Shown here: positions 9,227 through 18,978 of the stretch, piece by piece | How the letters are laid out: the number at the start of each line of letters is the position of its first letter | How positions within the stretch are numbered: the stretch's first letter is position 1 | Source of the DNA: Candidatus Cloacimonadota bacterium | Lineage (GTDB): Bacteria > Muiribacteriota > UBA6191 | Reading direction: 5' to 3' | DNA: 64,000 nucleotides | NCBI GenBank assembly: GCA_019454875.1 | Contig: JACFNL010000001.1 | Location: 7,511 to 71,510 of the forward strand | The notes under the pieces: generated by a model | Databases searched by the model: none | What the model saw: only the letters and a program-made list of their open reading frames with translations | What the model was told of the DNA's origin: nothing | Made by a program: the position numbers and the translations under genes

Positions 9227-10183
9227 TTATCCTCCGTAATGTACGCGCTCACCAACAAACCGGCGCTGAATCAGTGTCAGAATAAAAATGATCAGAAACA
9301 CGACATAAGCCAGGGCAGAGGCATAACCAAATTCAAAGGTCTTAAAAGCTTTTTCATAAAGATAAAACACAGCAACGACTGTGGATCGTTCCGGGCCACC
9401 AAAGGGAGTCATCATAAAAATCTGTACAAAAACCTGAAAGGAATGAATGGTGGACATGATAAAGATAAAAAAAGTGGTTGGGCTTAACAGTGGCCAGGTA
9501 ATGTGGCGAAACTTCTGCCAGACAGATGCACCGTCCAAATCGGCAGCCTCATACAGGGAGGCCGGAATGTTCTGAAGCCCAGCCAGAAAAATAACTACAT
9601 TGTAGCCTAACCCCTTCCAGATACTCATAACAATTATGGAGCAGAGGGCCACCGAAGGTCCATGCAGTAAATCCGGCAGGCTAAAACCAAGAGCCTGGGC
9701 CATGGATTCAAAAATGCCTCTTGGCTCAAGAAGCCATTGAGACGGGGACATGCCAAAAGATTTTAATAGCTGGTTGAACAATCCAAACTTTACATCAAAC
9801 AACCAGTTCCAGACCAGGGCTACGGCCGCAATCGAAGTTATGACAGGCAAATAATACACTGTTCTGTATACCCCAAGTCCCTTGATTTTCTGATTAAGCA
9901 ACAGGGCAACAAGCAGGGCAAAAAACATGCCTAGGGGTACAGAACCCAAGGCAAAAAACACGGTATTTACCATGGCATCCCAGAATCCTGAATCTTCCAG
10001 AAGGTCAAGATAGTTCTGCGCTCCAATAAAATGCTGGATAGGATGTTTGAGTGTGCCCCGATGCACGGAGAGTAAAAAGGAATAGATTACTGGTAAAATG
10101 TGGAAAATCAGTAGAACCAGAGTTGCGGGTAGAAGGTACCACCAGGCACTGTAGTCCTTTTTCTGTAGTTTCATGGGCCGCAT
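9227..10183 (-). CDS. ABC transporter permease (MalF/UgpA-type)
   Basis: Multi-TM protein with the EAA motif 'YEAADLDGASVWQKFRHITWPLLSP'. It is separated by 3 nt from the downstream permease. Confidence 0.85.
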   Translation of the reverse strand: MRPMKLQKKDYSAWWYLLPATLVLLIFHILPVIYSFLLSVHRGTLKHPIQHFIGAQNYLDLLEDSGFWDAMVNTVFFALGSVPLGMFFALLVALLLNQKIKGLGVYRTVYYLPVITSIAAVALVWNWLFDVKFGLFNQLLKSFGMSPSQWLLEPRGIFESMAQALGFSLPDLLHGPSVALCSIIVMSIWKGLGYNVVIFLAGLQNIPASLYEAADLDGASVWQKFRHITWPLLSPTTFFIFIMSTIHSFQVFVQIFMMTPFGGPERSTVVAVFYLYEKAFKTFEFGYASALAYVVFLIIFILTLIQRRFVGERVHYGG

Positions 10184-10219
10184 TATAGATCAGATATTGG
10201 TTCACCCGGAAACATTTTC

Positions 10220-11869
10220 ATGGCATCCTGCGTATGCAATTCTGATATGCGCTTTATTACCTGGTCCCAGATATTCATCCAGCTGCTTCTCATTTGTCAT
10301 CCCATTTTTGCAATGGATGACAATCTGCAATCGGATCTTTTATCCCGCATGTCCCTCCGAGAGCACTTTGCTACCACCCTTTCCCTTCGGGAACAGGAAC
10401 GCTATGACCTTGAATCTCAACTAGATGTTCTTCGGGCCACCGAACCCAGAAACCAGTATGAGGCTCAACAGAGAGCCAGACAGGAAAGAGAACTTCTATC
10501 CCAGATTCAGGTTGTGGAACGCTCGGTTATCAGCACCCAAAGGCAGCTTCAGGATGCTGAAGTTCGTCTTAATGAAGCCAGAACCCAGGCTTTAGCCCAA
10601 AGAGACCAGAACACAACAAGAGATATCAGTGTGATCACGGCCGCCGCCAATGTTGCCCACACTCAGACGGCCTTACAGGCAGTAAGGGATATGCCCTTAG
10701 CCTTCAACCGGCCTCCAGTCCCAACAACCGGGGTAATCGCCCAGAACGGAAACATCACAACCACCATTGAGCAATGGAGAGATGGAAGCCATTACAGGGT
10801 AAACCGTTATACGGATGGTCCCAATCAGGGCCGATTTGCCGAGGGTGGACGACAAAAACTCACCGATGCAGAAGTTCGTCAGATGGGTGGACAGCTAAGA
10901 ACCCAGCATGTAGAAGGGCTTCGCACCAATATCACGGCATCCGAGACCCGTTTAGCCGGACTTCGTCAGGAGTTACAACAGGCCCCAAGCTCTCAAAGGG
11001 CAGAGATTCAGAATCGTATTGATCAGCAGACCAGAACCCAGCAGGAACTCAGACAGGAGCTGCGCAGTTTAGAGGCCCGCCCTGTACGAGACTTTATTGT
11101 GAGTGGTGTCTCTTTTGCCGCCATGTCCGTTGCCATTCAGGCAAGTTTTAACATTATCAGCCAGACTGTGCAGAATGACGGTGATTTGAGTAAGGTGGAT
11201 CTGGGACAGGCTACAGCTTTTGTTACCGAGGCCGCCTTCTGGAGAGATTTGTCCGGAACCTATTTTGGGGGAATGGCTGGCAGAGCCCTTACCGCCTTTT
11301 TACCTGGGCCATTTAGAATCCTGGGTACTATTGCTGGTGGCACAATTGGTACACAACTTGTTTCAGGTCGCTGGCGTGAAGCCGACTGGGCCATGCTTGG
11401 TGCACAAACCATTGGAAGCACTATAGGCTACCTTTTAGGTGCGTTTATTGGCTCCTTGATGGGACCATTGGCTCCCATTGCCATCATAGCGTTCAGTATT
11501 GCGGGAGCCTGGCTTGCCGAAAAAGCCCTGGAATGGATTCGTGGGGTCTTCTCTCCAAAAATCACTTCATATCGTCCTGATGACTCCGGTATGTCGGATT
11601 CCGCTGTAATTGATACCTTCCGTGAGGCATTGGATGATTCCAGTTTTCAGGAGCTGGAAAATCTGTCCACGGAACAGTTAAGGCAGCATTTATGGGACAC
11701 TCACAAGGAACTTGTGGCCCATCAGAGTTCAAGCAACCAGGTCTTAGGTGATGAACAGAGACTGAACTGGAATGCTGGTCTTAAAGAAAAACTGATTGCC
11801 CACGAAAAAGTGCGCCGTGCCTTAGACAGAAGACGCATGCAGCATGCTGACTTTAATCTGAACTCCTAA
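10220..11869 (+). CDS. Coiled-coil protein with a C-terminal glycine-zipper membrane domain
   Basis: A possible internal start MRFITWSQIFIQLLLICHPIFA gives a signal-like N-terminus. It is followed by ~270 aa of Gln/Arg/Glu-rich predicted coiled coil. Then come 2-3 hydrophobic helices full of GxxxG zippers (GTIAGGTIGTQL, GSTIGYLLGAFIGSLMGPLAPIAIIAFSIAGAWLA), and an acidic C-terminal tail. Confidence 0.65.
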   Translation: MASCVCNSDMRFITWSQIFIQLLLICHPIFAMDDNLQSDLLSRMSLREHFATTLSLREQERYDLESQLDVLRATEPRNQYEAQQRARQERELLSQIQVVERSVISTQRQLQDAEVRLNEARTQALAQRDQNTTRDISVITAAANVAHTQTALQAVRDMPLAFNRPPVPTTGVIAQNGNITTTIEQWRDGSHYRVNRYTDGPNQGRFAEGGRQKLTDAEVRQMGGQLRTQHVEGLRTNITASETRLAGLRQELQQAPSSQRAEIQNRIDQQTRTQQELRQELRSLEARPVRDFIVSGVSFAAMSVAIQASFNIISQTVQNDGDLSKVDLGQATAFVTEAAFWRDLSGTYFGGMAGRALTAFLPGPFRILGTIAGGTIGTQLVSGRWREADWAMLGAQTIGSTIGYLLGAFIGSLMGPLAPIAIIAFSIAGAWLAEKALEWIRGVFSPKITSYRPDDSGMSDSAVIDTFREALDDSSFQELENLSTEQLRQHLWDTHKELVAHQSSSNQVLGDEQRLNWNAGLKEKLIAHEKVRRALDRRRMQHADFNLNS

Positions 11870-11909
11870 ACTTAAAACTCTTTGATTCCGCTTATTACTA
11901 AGTCTGTAT

Positions 11910-13340
11910 ATGGAACAAAGCATGAAGTTTAAAAAGACTCTGGTTTCTGAGATCGGGGATGTCATCGTTGGCATTACCCCTGACGATATGTTTGCCTACC
12001 TGAGTCTGATACCCTTACAGGCCCAATCTGTGTTTGATGCCGATACTGTCTTTCAGCTACTTCAGGCTGAAGAAATTGTACACGGAATCCAGTCTGATTT
12101 AATCAGGGCCCTCATTCATCAGGTAAATACCACCCAATTCCCTATCAGTAACCATGAAATTGTTACGGGAACCCCGCCACAGCAGGGCAGTGATGCGGTT
12201 ATTCGTTATCATTTTAAAACCGACAGGGAAGTACAGCTGATTGAGGATAAGGAAGGCAATATTGATTACAAGGAACTTGGCTTAATCAACAATGTCCTGA
12301 CCGGAGATCTCTTAGCCGAAAAAATCCCCATGACTCAAACCATACCTGGCAAAGACATTTATGGCAGGGAAGTTCCGGGAACCCATCCCCGTGATGTGGA
12401 TTTTGTCGCCGGAAATAATGTACGCATGTCCCCAGACAGGCTCAGCTGTTATGCCGAAGTGGTTGGGCAGGTTTATTTAAAACGCATGACCATTCAGGTA
12501 TCTCCAATCTATGAGGTACCCCAGGATGTCGATTTGAATACTGGAAATATTACCTTTAACGGATCTGTAGTAGTCTACGGAAATGTGCTTTCAGGATTTA
12601 GTGTCAAAGCTAAAGAAAATATCACCATCCTCGGAGTCGTGGAATCGTCCAATCTTGTTGCTGGCGGAAATATTTTTATTAAAAAGGGTATCAAGGGTGG
12701 GGAAAAGGCCGTGATTCAAGCCAAAGGTGATCTGACCGTCAAATTTATTGAATCGGCGACCGTGGAGTGCCACGGCAAATTAATGGTGGAAACTTCCATT
12801 GTGAATTCTGACATAACCTGCTTTTCCAAGGTTTTGGTTGCCCGTGGCAAGGGGCTTATTGTTGGTGGTCATGTCAGAGCCATCAACGGTATCGAATGTC
12901 TGGAAATCGGTTCCAAATTAGGGGTACAGACCAGAGTTACCGTAGGCGACAAATTTGTAATCCGGGCCAGACTTGATGAAACTACCCCCAAAATCGAATC
13001 ACTGAGGGAATTTTTTCACAAGGTGAATGATGTTCTGTCCAATCTTGGTTCCCTAGACATTAACAATCTGCCCCCGGCTAAAAAAGAGCAGTTGCAAAAA
13101 CTACTGGATCAAAAGACCGAGGCTCAGAACCAGATTAAGGAAATCGAGGAAAAAAGAGAAAAGCTTGGCATGCTTTTTCAGGCTGAGTGTTTAGCAAGGC
13201 TTAAAGTACGCAATGTGGCCTACCCAAATGTCACCATTACCGTAGGGCATTCCAATCTGACCACCAAAAATGAATACAGATCTCCCAGTTTTTATGAGGA
13301 CAGTACTTCCAGAACCGTTAAAATCGGGACGGCCCTCTAG
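11910..13340 (+). CDS. FapA-like (DUF342) β-helix protein with a C-terminal coiled coil
   Basis: The central region is a left-handed β-helix-type repeat characteristic of FapA/DUF342: ...GNITFNGSVVVYGNVLSGFSVKAKENITILGVVESSNLVAGGNIFIKKGIKGGEKAVIQAKGDLTVKF...GGHVRAINGIECLEIG. The N-terminal domain is FapA-like and the C-terminus is a coiled coil (KKEQLQKLLDQKTEAQNQIKEIEEKREK). Confidence 0.65.
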   Translation: MEQSMKFKKTLVSEIGDVIVGITPDDMFAYLSLIPLQAQSVFDADTVFQLLQAEEIVHGIQSDLIRALIHQVNTTQFPISNHEIVTGTPPQQGSDAVIRYHFKTDREVQLIEDKEGNIDYKELGLINNVLTGDLLAEKIPMTQTIPGKDIYGREVPGTHPRDVDFVAGNNVRMSPDRLSCYAEVVGQVYLKRMTIQVSPIYEVPQDVDLNTGNITFNGSVVVYGNVLSGFSVKAKENITILGVVESSNLVAGGNIFIKKGIKGGEKAVIQAKGDLTVKFIESATVECHGKLMVETSIVNSDITCFSKVLVARGKGLIVGGHVRAINGIECLEIGSKLGVQTRVTVGDKFVIRARLDETTPKIESLREFFHKVNDVLSNLGSLDINNLPPAKKEQLQKLLDQKTEAQNQIKEIEEKREKLGMLFQAECLARLKVRNVAYPNVTITVGHSNLTTKNEYRSPSFYEDSTSRTVKIGTAL

Positions 13341-13347
13341 GAGTTTT

Positions 13348-15261
13348 TCATCTGCCTGGACGGGCTGAGGGACGAACTGTCTGCTGGTTCATCACCTCAG
13401 GCAGGGGCCAGGGATTTTCCGATGGGATTTTTAAGGCATCTACCTCACGGGCCTCCCAGGATTTTTGCTCAAGACGATCCTGAAGCCCCTGAATTTTCTG
13501 TCTTAGGCGCGAATATGCGTTTACGCTGTCATCCTCAACAACAGAGTCAACCTTTTCCATAGCCTTGTTAAGAAACTCATCTTTTCTCTGAATGGTCACA
13601 GGAATTACCTGGACTGTGGTTGTGAAATCCTGGTTGTAACGAACTCTAAGACGAGGATGATCTGTTCCAATACCCGTAGCTGTGAAGCGGAAGAACACAA
13701 AGGCCGTAGACTGCGGAGCAAGGCTTGGGATAGTTTGTACATTATCACCGCGAAAAAATAACAGTCTTCTCAGGTTTTGCTTTTCCATCAAGAGATGAAC
13801 ATTTTGTAAGGTCAGATACCGGGATGGATTAAATACTCTGGCTATCAATACGCCTGGATCACTGTGCAACAGAATTTCTCTATCCAGCTCAAATGTGATT
13901 TCTGGTGGAGAAAGCTGGAATATACCCAATGCTGTTTCCGACAATTCCACAAAAACACGACTATAATAGTCTTCGGCTGCCAATATAAAAAACAGGGTAA
14001 AATACATACCCCGCACTGCCTCAATCACCTGGGCTTCGATAAACTCCCGGCGACCATTGGTAAACACCGCATTGTTGGCCAGTTCAAAAATCGGAGATCT
14101 TTGTAAGGGTGTCCAGGTCTGATTTTTTTCGTCCCAGCCTAGAATTCGTTTCATATCCTTACCAATAGCGGCAAACTTCCTCTGTTTGTCTTCCTCATTT
14201 TTTTTGATTAAGGCAATCTGTCGCACAAACTCCTGCTGGTCCTTCAGATTCTGAAAGGAGTACAAAAGTTCGATCCCCTGACTGACTTCTTCCCTGGCCT
14301 CAGTAATCTTTCTAGCCAGATCGAGCTCCAGACCAATGATTCGAAACAGTGCAGTAAAATCCTTGTAGTTTTCCACATTCTTGGGGTAACCCTGAGTCAA
14401 ACCAATCGTTGCTGGCAGTAAAGAGCGCAAATCAAAATCCAGATCAGGAACATTCAAAAAGGAGTTAAACTCTACAGGAAACTCAATTTTTTCCTCGAGT
14501 CCACGAGCATAACTTGAAATAAACTCTGCCAGCCAGGGCTTAAAATTCAGCTCCCCAAAAAACCGGCCCAGATAATCCTGTACCTGCTTGCCAAACCTCA
14601 GACTGATTTGGGCCGGGGTTCGTCCTTCTTCTATCCGGTAAGTAGGATCCATCAAACCCCCAAATATTTTCATGGAGTTTTCCAGCATCCGTGATCGGGC
14701 ATAGGCCCAAAGGCTTAACCTGAGTACAGAAGCTGTTTCAATTTGCTGACTGCCAATTTTAGGGTAAGGAGCAACAAAAAAAGTCCGGACAATTTTATCC
14801 TTGGCCCCAATCCAGTTGGAACGAATTCCACTCTCTACAGAAAGCTCAAGTCTCACCCTGTGAATGGGACGAAATTTTTCATAAAGGTGTCCTGGAATCC
14901 GTACGGAACTCAGATCACGATCCCGATCCGAGATTGCTCTCTCAAATTTAAGCTGCCATTTTTCTGGAAAATAGGGGTAATTAACATCTTCATAATAACG
15001 AATCTGAATTTTGGAAGAAGCAGAATCCCTGCCTGAGCTATTATCAAGAGTAATTGCAATGCCTAAATCCTGGGCCGGATGCGTAATTACAAAGGCCTCC
15101 CCTTCTTCGGGAATTATCTCGGTCATGACACTAAGTGCATGAAAAGCCCGGTAAGCAATAGTTGCCCGGCCAACAATCTGCAACTCGGAAGCAAAAAAAA
15201 CCGGGGTCAGCAAAACTGCAAGTAACAAACAGTTATAATATGCTCTCAATTGTGGCATCAA
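13348..15261 (-). CDS. Secreted hypothetical protein (637 aa)
   Basis: Signal-peptide-like N-terminus MMPQLRAYYNCLLLAVLLTPVFFASE. No recognisable catalytic motifs. It overlaps the dnaX 3' end by 29 nt and is convergent with the FapA-like gene, with stops 7 nt apart. Confidence 0.6.
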   Translation of the reverse strand: MMPQLRAYYNCLLLAVLLTPVFFASELQIVGRATIAYRAFHALSVMTEIIPEEGEAFVITHPAQDLGIAITLDNSSGRDSASSKIQIRYYEDVNYPYFPEKWQLKFERAISDRDRDLSSVRIPGHLYEKFRPIHRVRLELSVESGIRSNWIGAKDKIVRTFFVAPYPKIGSQQIETASVLRLSLWAYARSRMLENSMKIFGGLMDPTYRIEEGRTPAQISLRFGKQVQDYLGRFFGELNFKPWLAEFISSYARGLEEKIEFPVEFNSFLNVPDLDFDLRSLLPATIGLTQGYPKNVENYKDFTALFRIIGLELDLARKITEAREEVSQGIELLYSFQNLKDQQEFVRQIALIKKNEEDKQRKFAAIGKDMKRILGWDEKNQTWTPLQRSPIFELANNAVFTNGRREFIEAQVIEAVRGMYFTLFFILAAEDYYSRVFVELSETALGIFQLSPPEITFELDREILLHSDPGVLIARVFNPSRYLTLQNVHLLMEKQNLRRLLFFRGDNVQTIPSLAPQSTAFVFFRFTATGIGTDHPRLRVRYNQDFTTTVQVIPVTIQRKDEFLNKAMEKVDSVVEDDSVNAYSRLRQKIQGLQDRLEQKSWEAREVDALKIPSENPWPLPEVMNQQTVRPSARPGR

Positions 15262-16897
15262 GTTCCTGAACCAGACGGGCCACCGAAGGATCTTTTAAGA
15301 TCTTGCGCTTCAATTCCTCGGATACCTGATTCTCTCCCTGCCTACTTTCGGATAAAATGCGACTCTGATTGACAGATGAAGAAGGATTCTCCTTATTTTG
15401 TGTACTAGCCGATGGTACAGGCGGATTCCCTAATACAAGTTCCAGACCATAATCCTTATTGAATTTCTGATCCAGAAGCTGCCGAATTTTACTGAAAGCC
15501 TTGGCCTCCTGAACCTTATTAAAATGAAACTGAAACTGGGGAGCAAAGTACAGTACAAGTTTATCAGACTCACTACCAGCCTGAGCTGGATCAATCAGTG
15601 CAAATGTAATCGGATCTCTAGTCTTTAACTCCCTTCTGATGACTTCCCAGTTTTTTACATTGTTAGGCAATTCATCAAGGGTAGTATCCCGAATGATGGG
15701 CTTTTTAATCTCGGACTCGACAGGCACAGTGTTTTGAGCAGGTATTGGGGCAGACTGAATCTTCTTTTCCAGTTCTCCTACCTTTTTTTTCAGACTTTCC
15801 ACGGAACGGGAATCAGTAGTTTCCTTCTGGGTAGAAAATGCTTCCGAAGCATTCAGAAGGCCTAACTGTAAGTGCATGGAAGGAAAAAGTGAATGTGCCA
15901 TGCTGTCCTGAACCAGAAGTAAATCCCTCATGAGCTGTGCCCATGCCACCGATTCCAGTTTTAGACAAATCTCCGGTAGCTTCTCAGCCTCTTTAGGAAC
16001 CTGTAGAGCCAGATACAAACCATCTTCCACTCTTTGCAATAGCTGCCTCATCAAATCCGCTGGCTGCTTACCCGATGAATACAGATTGTTGAGTTTTGTC
16101 ATAAGGCTTCTGGGTTCCTTCTGAATAATGCTCATAAGCAGTAGATCAATCTGCTCGAGAGCTGTTTCCCCACTCATCTCAAGATATTCGCTGGTATTCA
16201 GGCGGGAGCCACACAGGTGTACGGCCTGTTCTAAAAGGGTTAGTGAGTCCCGTAAACCACCACCACCCTTTTCAACAATTCTGTCAAGAACAGCTGGTTC
16301 TACCTCAAAACCTTCTGCTAAAGCCACAGCCTTTAAGCGATCCCTGACAGCCATTGGGGAAATCAGGCTAAAATCAAGGCGAATACAGCGGGAATGTATG
16401 GTAGGTAAAAGCTTTTCAGGTTCTGTGGTTGCCAGTATAAAAATACACCAGGCCGGTGGCTCCTCTAAAGTCTTTAAAAAGGCATTGGATGCCTCTTTGG
16501 TCAACATATGGGCCTCATCAATTACGAATACCTTAAAGTGACCCTTGCCAGCCATAGGGGCAACCAAAGCCTGTTCCCGAATCACCCGAAACTCATCAAT
16601 CCCGCGATTGCTGGCCGCATCCATTTCCAAATAGTCAGGATACACACCCTTCTGAAAGGAAAGACAGTGTGAACATTCATGGCAGGCCATACCATCCTGA
16701 GGGTTCAGACAATTGAGGGTTTTGGCAAAAATTTTAGCTGCGGAAGTCTTGCCCGTACCCCGTGGACCAGTAAACATCCAGGCATGTGAAATATCTCGTG
16801 ATTTCAGTACACTTTTTAAAACCCTGACTACTGCTGTCTGTCCACTGAATTCCTCAAAGCCTCTAGGCCTGTATTTGCGATACAAACTACCCTTCAT
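15233..16897 (-). CDS. dnaX: DNA polymerase III subunit tau/gamma
   Basis: AAA+ clamp-loader motifs: GPRGTGKTS (Walker A), VFVIDEAHML (Walker B), the Zn-module CHECSHC, and the SRC motif (TIHSRC). An in-frame A8 run (CTG AAA AAA AAG) lies at the domain III/IV boundary. Confidence 0.92.
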   Translation of the reverse strand: MKGSLYRKYRPRGFEEFSGQTAVVRVLKSVLKSRDISHAWMFTGPRGTGKTSAAKIFAKTLNCLNPQDGMACHECSHCLSFQKGVYPDYLEMDAASNRGIDEFRVIREQALVAPMAGKGHFKVFVIDEAHMLTKEASNAFLKTLEEPPAWCIFILATTEPEKLLPTIHSRCIRLDFSLISPMAVRDRLKAVALAEGFEVEPAVLDRIVEKGGGGLRDSLTLLEQAVHLCGSRLNTSEYLEMSGETALEQIDLLLMSIIQKEPRSLMTKLNNLYSSGKQPADLMRQLLQRVEDGLYLALQVPKEAEKLPEICLKLESVAWAQLMRDLLLVQDSMAHSLFPSMHLQLGLLNASEAFSTQKETTDSRSVESLKKKVGELEKKIQSAPIPAQNTVPVESEIKKPIIRDTTLDELPNNVKNWEVIRRELKTRDPITFALIDPAQAGSESDKLVLYFAPQFQFHFNKVQEAKAFSKIRQLLDQKFNKDYGLELVLGNPPVPSASTQNKENPSSSVNQSRILSESRQGENQVSEELKRKILKDPSVARLVQELDATIESIL

Positions 16898-18975
16898 TCC
16901 TGCCCCTTACGGTATTGAAGAATTCTCTTAAGGCTGTCGCGGTTTTCCCGGCATACTGAGGCAAAACGATTGTTTTCAGAATCCGACATGGACAGTACCT
17001 TGTCGTAGGCTTCAATGGCCTTTTCATATTCATAACTTCCCTGCCATGACAATGCATAGAGATACCAGACCTCTGCGGAGTCTCCAAATTGCTGCAAAGC
17101 CGATTTTAAAAGACTCAGATTCTTATCAAAGGCATCTGTAGCCTGATAGGAGTAACTTAACCAAAGGGTGCTCTCCAAATCCACAAGCTCATTATCATTG
17201 GCAGCAATAGCTTTTTGCATCTGCGAAATTACCAGAAAATAGCTGGCCTGGGCCCAGAAAGCCTGGGCATTGAGACGACAGGCCTGAATTAACATGATTC
17301 GAGCCTGTTTTTGGGATTCTTGATCGTCTTTGGCAATATCAAGCATCCGTTCCAGGATTTCAGCCGCCTGCATGGGATAGTCAAAATCAAGGTAGTTTTT
17401 AGCCATTTGTAACCGAGCCTTATGCAGGGACGGATTTGTGTCCAAGGCCCTCTTCAAGAAAGCCAGTTCCCTACTGTACTCACGATTTTTTCTAGGGCGC
17501 ATGGACAGGATTCGTCCGGCATATTCATACAGTTCCCCGACTTCTGAATGTGCTGTGATGGCATCCTGTTCCACCCAGTAGGCAAACCGTTCCGCAATCT
17601 CTATTGATTTTGGGGACAAAAGCTGTCTATTGTCTATCTCTTTAGCAAAAGTCCGGTTGAGCACTTCAAACAGCATGTGATACACCTCAAGCGAAGCTGG
17701 ATTCAACTCCCGGCATGTGTTGAGATAACGACGAACCAGATCATCATCTGTTCCAAGCCTCATCAATACTCGAGCACTATCCAAAAGATTTTCCATGGCA
17801 AAGGCGATCTGGGTACTCAGCCTACGATCCTTTTGGTACCAATCAGGAAACCTTTCTTTAAGGATCTGTAAAAAAGATGCCAGTTCGTTCTGTCTCAGAT
17901 TTTTAAGCAAAAGCTCTCCTGCCAGATAAGTGTTATCTTCCGGGGCTTTCACCAGTCTGGCATACTGCAACAGATATCTTGAGCCTTCATCCCAGGTATC
18001 CAGATCCTTAGGATACTCCATCAGCATTCTGCCCAGATTAAATAGTGTGCCGGGATTTTGGGTGGAAACAAGTAAAAGACTCTTTAACTTGTCTATACCT
18101 TTGCTCTTCTCACGGAAACGAAAAAACAAATCTGCTTCCTGTTGAATCTCATCCAGCCCATACTCATATCCCCAGGCACTGAGAAGATGCTGCAACTGTT
18201 TTAATTTTTCGGTCATTTTTTCTGATGTGGACAACTCCATAGCCACATTGATATAAACCTGACAAAGAGAAAACTGTTTTCTGTCATATAAAATTCTGGC
18301 ATAGGAATACAGAAAAATCCTGTCAAAGTCAGGCTTTTTTAACTCCTGATCAAAATAGAGCTTGGCCTTTTCAATATGCCCATGAAAAAGGTAATAATCC
18401 GCAACCTGCCCCCAGCGAAAGTCCCCGTAATGCTCCCGACTTACGAGGTATTCATAAATTCTGGCTAAAAATGGAACATGAACCCCATTTTCCAGTTCTT
18501 TTATCAGTTCATACTGCCTGCCCCGGCGGTGGGACAATCCCTCATAGAGCCTTAAAAAGCTGTTCCATGCCTTATTTGGATCCTTGTTGGAATTTAAAAT
18601 GACAGACATGGTCAGCATTTTTTCATAAAATGGATCTTCGCGGCCCTGAGGAAGAATGTAGGAAGATACGGACTCAGCCAGAGACAATAATTTTTCGGAC
18701 TGTTTTGTACTCTCGTATATCTCGGCTAACATCTGAAATACACTTAAATCGCGAGGCTTAAGATACAAAGCCATTTCCAGAACTTCCTGGGCCTGATCAT
18801 AGGATTTTTCCGCCATCAGAATTGTAGCAGCCTCCATAAGATCATCAAACTGGTATCGTCCCGATGAAGCCGGGTTTGCGCCTGTAAGAGACAAAGCATT
18901 TCCGCTAACTTCAGTACGAAGGGAATTGGCATCTGGCACATTCAAAAACAGAGCTAAAAGCAGTAGAAAAACCAC
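16894..18975 (-). CDS. Secreted TPR-repeat protein (693 aa)
   Basis: Signal peptide MVFLLLLALFLNVPDANS. TPR-like helical repeats run throughout. It overlaps dnaX by 4 nt. Confidence 0.7.
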   Translation of the reverse strand: MVFLLLLALFLNVPDANSLRTEVSGNALSLTGANPASSGRYQFDDLMEAATILMAEKSYDQAQEVLEMALYLKPRDLSVFQMLAEIYESTKQSEKLLSLAESVSSYILPQGREDPFYEKMLTMSVILNSNKDPNKAWNSFLRLYEGLSHRRGRQYELIKELENGVHVPFLARIYEYLVSREHYGDFRWGQVADYYLFHGHIEKAKLYFDQELKKPDFDRIFLYSYARILYDRKQFSLCQVYINVAMELSTSEKMTEKLKQLQHLLSAWGYEYGLDEIQQEADLFFRFREKSKGIDKLKSLLLVSTQNPGTLFNLGRMLMEYPKDLDTWDEGSRYLLQYARLVKAPEDNTYLAGELLLKNLRQNELASFLQILKERFPDWYQKDRRLSTQIAFAMENLLDSARVLMRLGTDDDLVRRYLNTCRELNPASLEVYHMLFEVLNRTFAKEIDNRQLLSPKSIEIAERFAYWVEQDAITAHSEVGELYEYAGRILSMRPRKNREYSRELAFLKRALDTNPSLHKARLQMAKNYLDFDYPMQAAEILERMLDIAKDDQESQKQARIMLIQACRLNAQAFWAQASYFLVISQMQKAIAANDNELVDLESTLWLSYSYQATDAFDKNLSLLKSALQQFGDSAEVWYLYALSWQGSYEYEKAIEAYDKVLSMSDSENNRFASVCRENRDSLKRILQYRKGQE

Positions 18976-18978
18976 TCC

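Noticed and set aside
13340-13348. Convergent gene ends with only 7 nt between stops (also 39600/39602, 1 nt), checked for a bidirectional terminator
   Set aside because: No stem-loop of useful length fits in the gap or the adjacent codons. This probably reflects genome compaction only.
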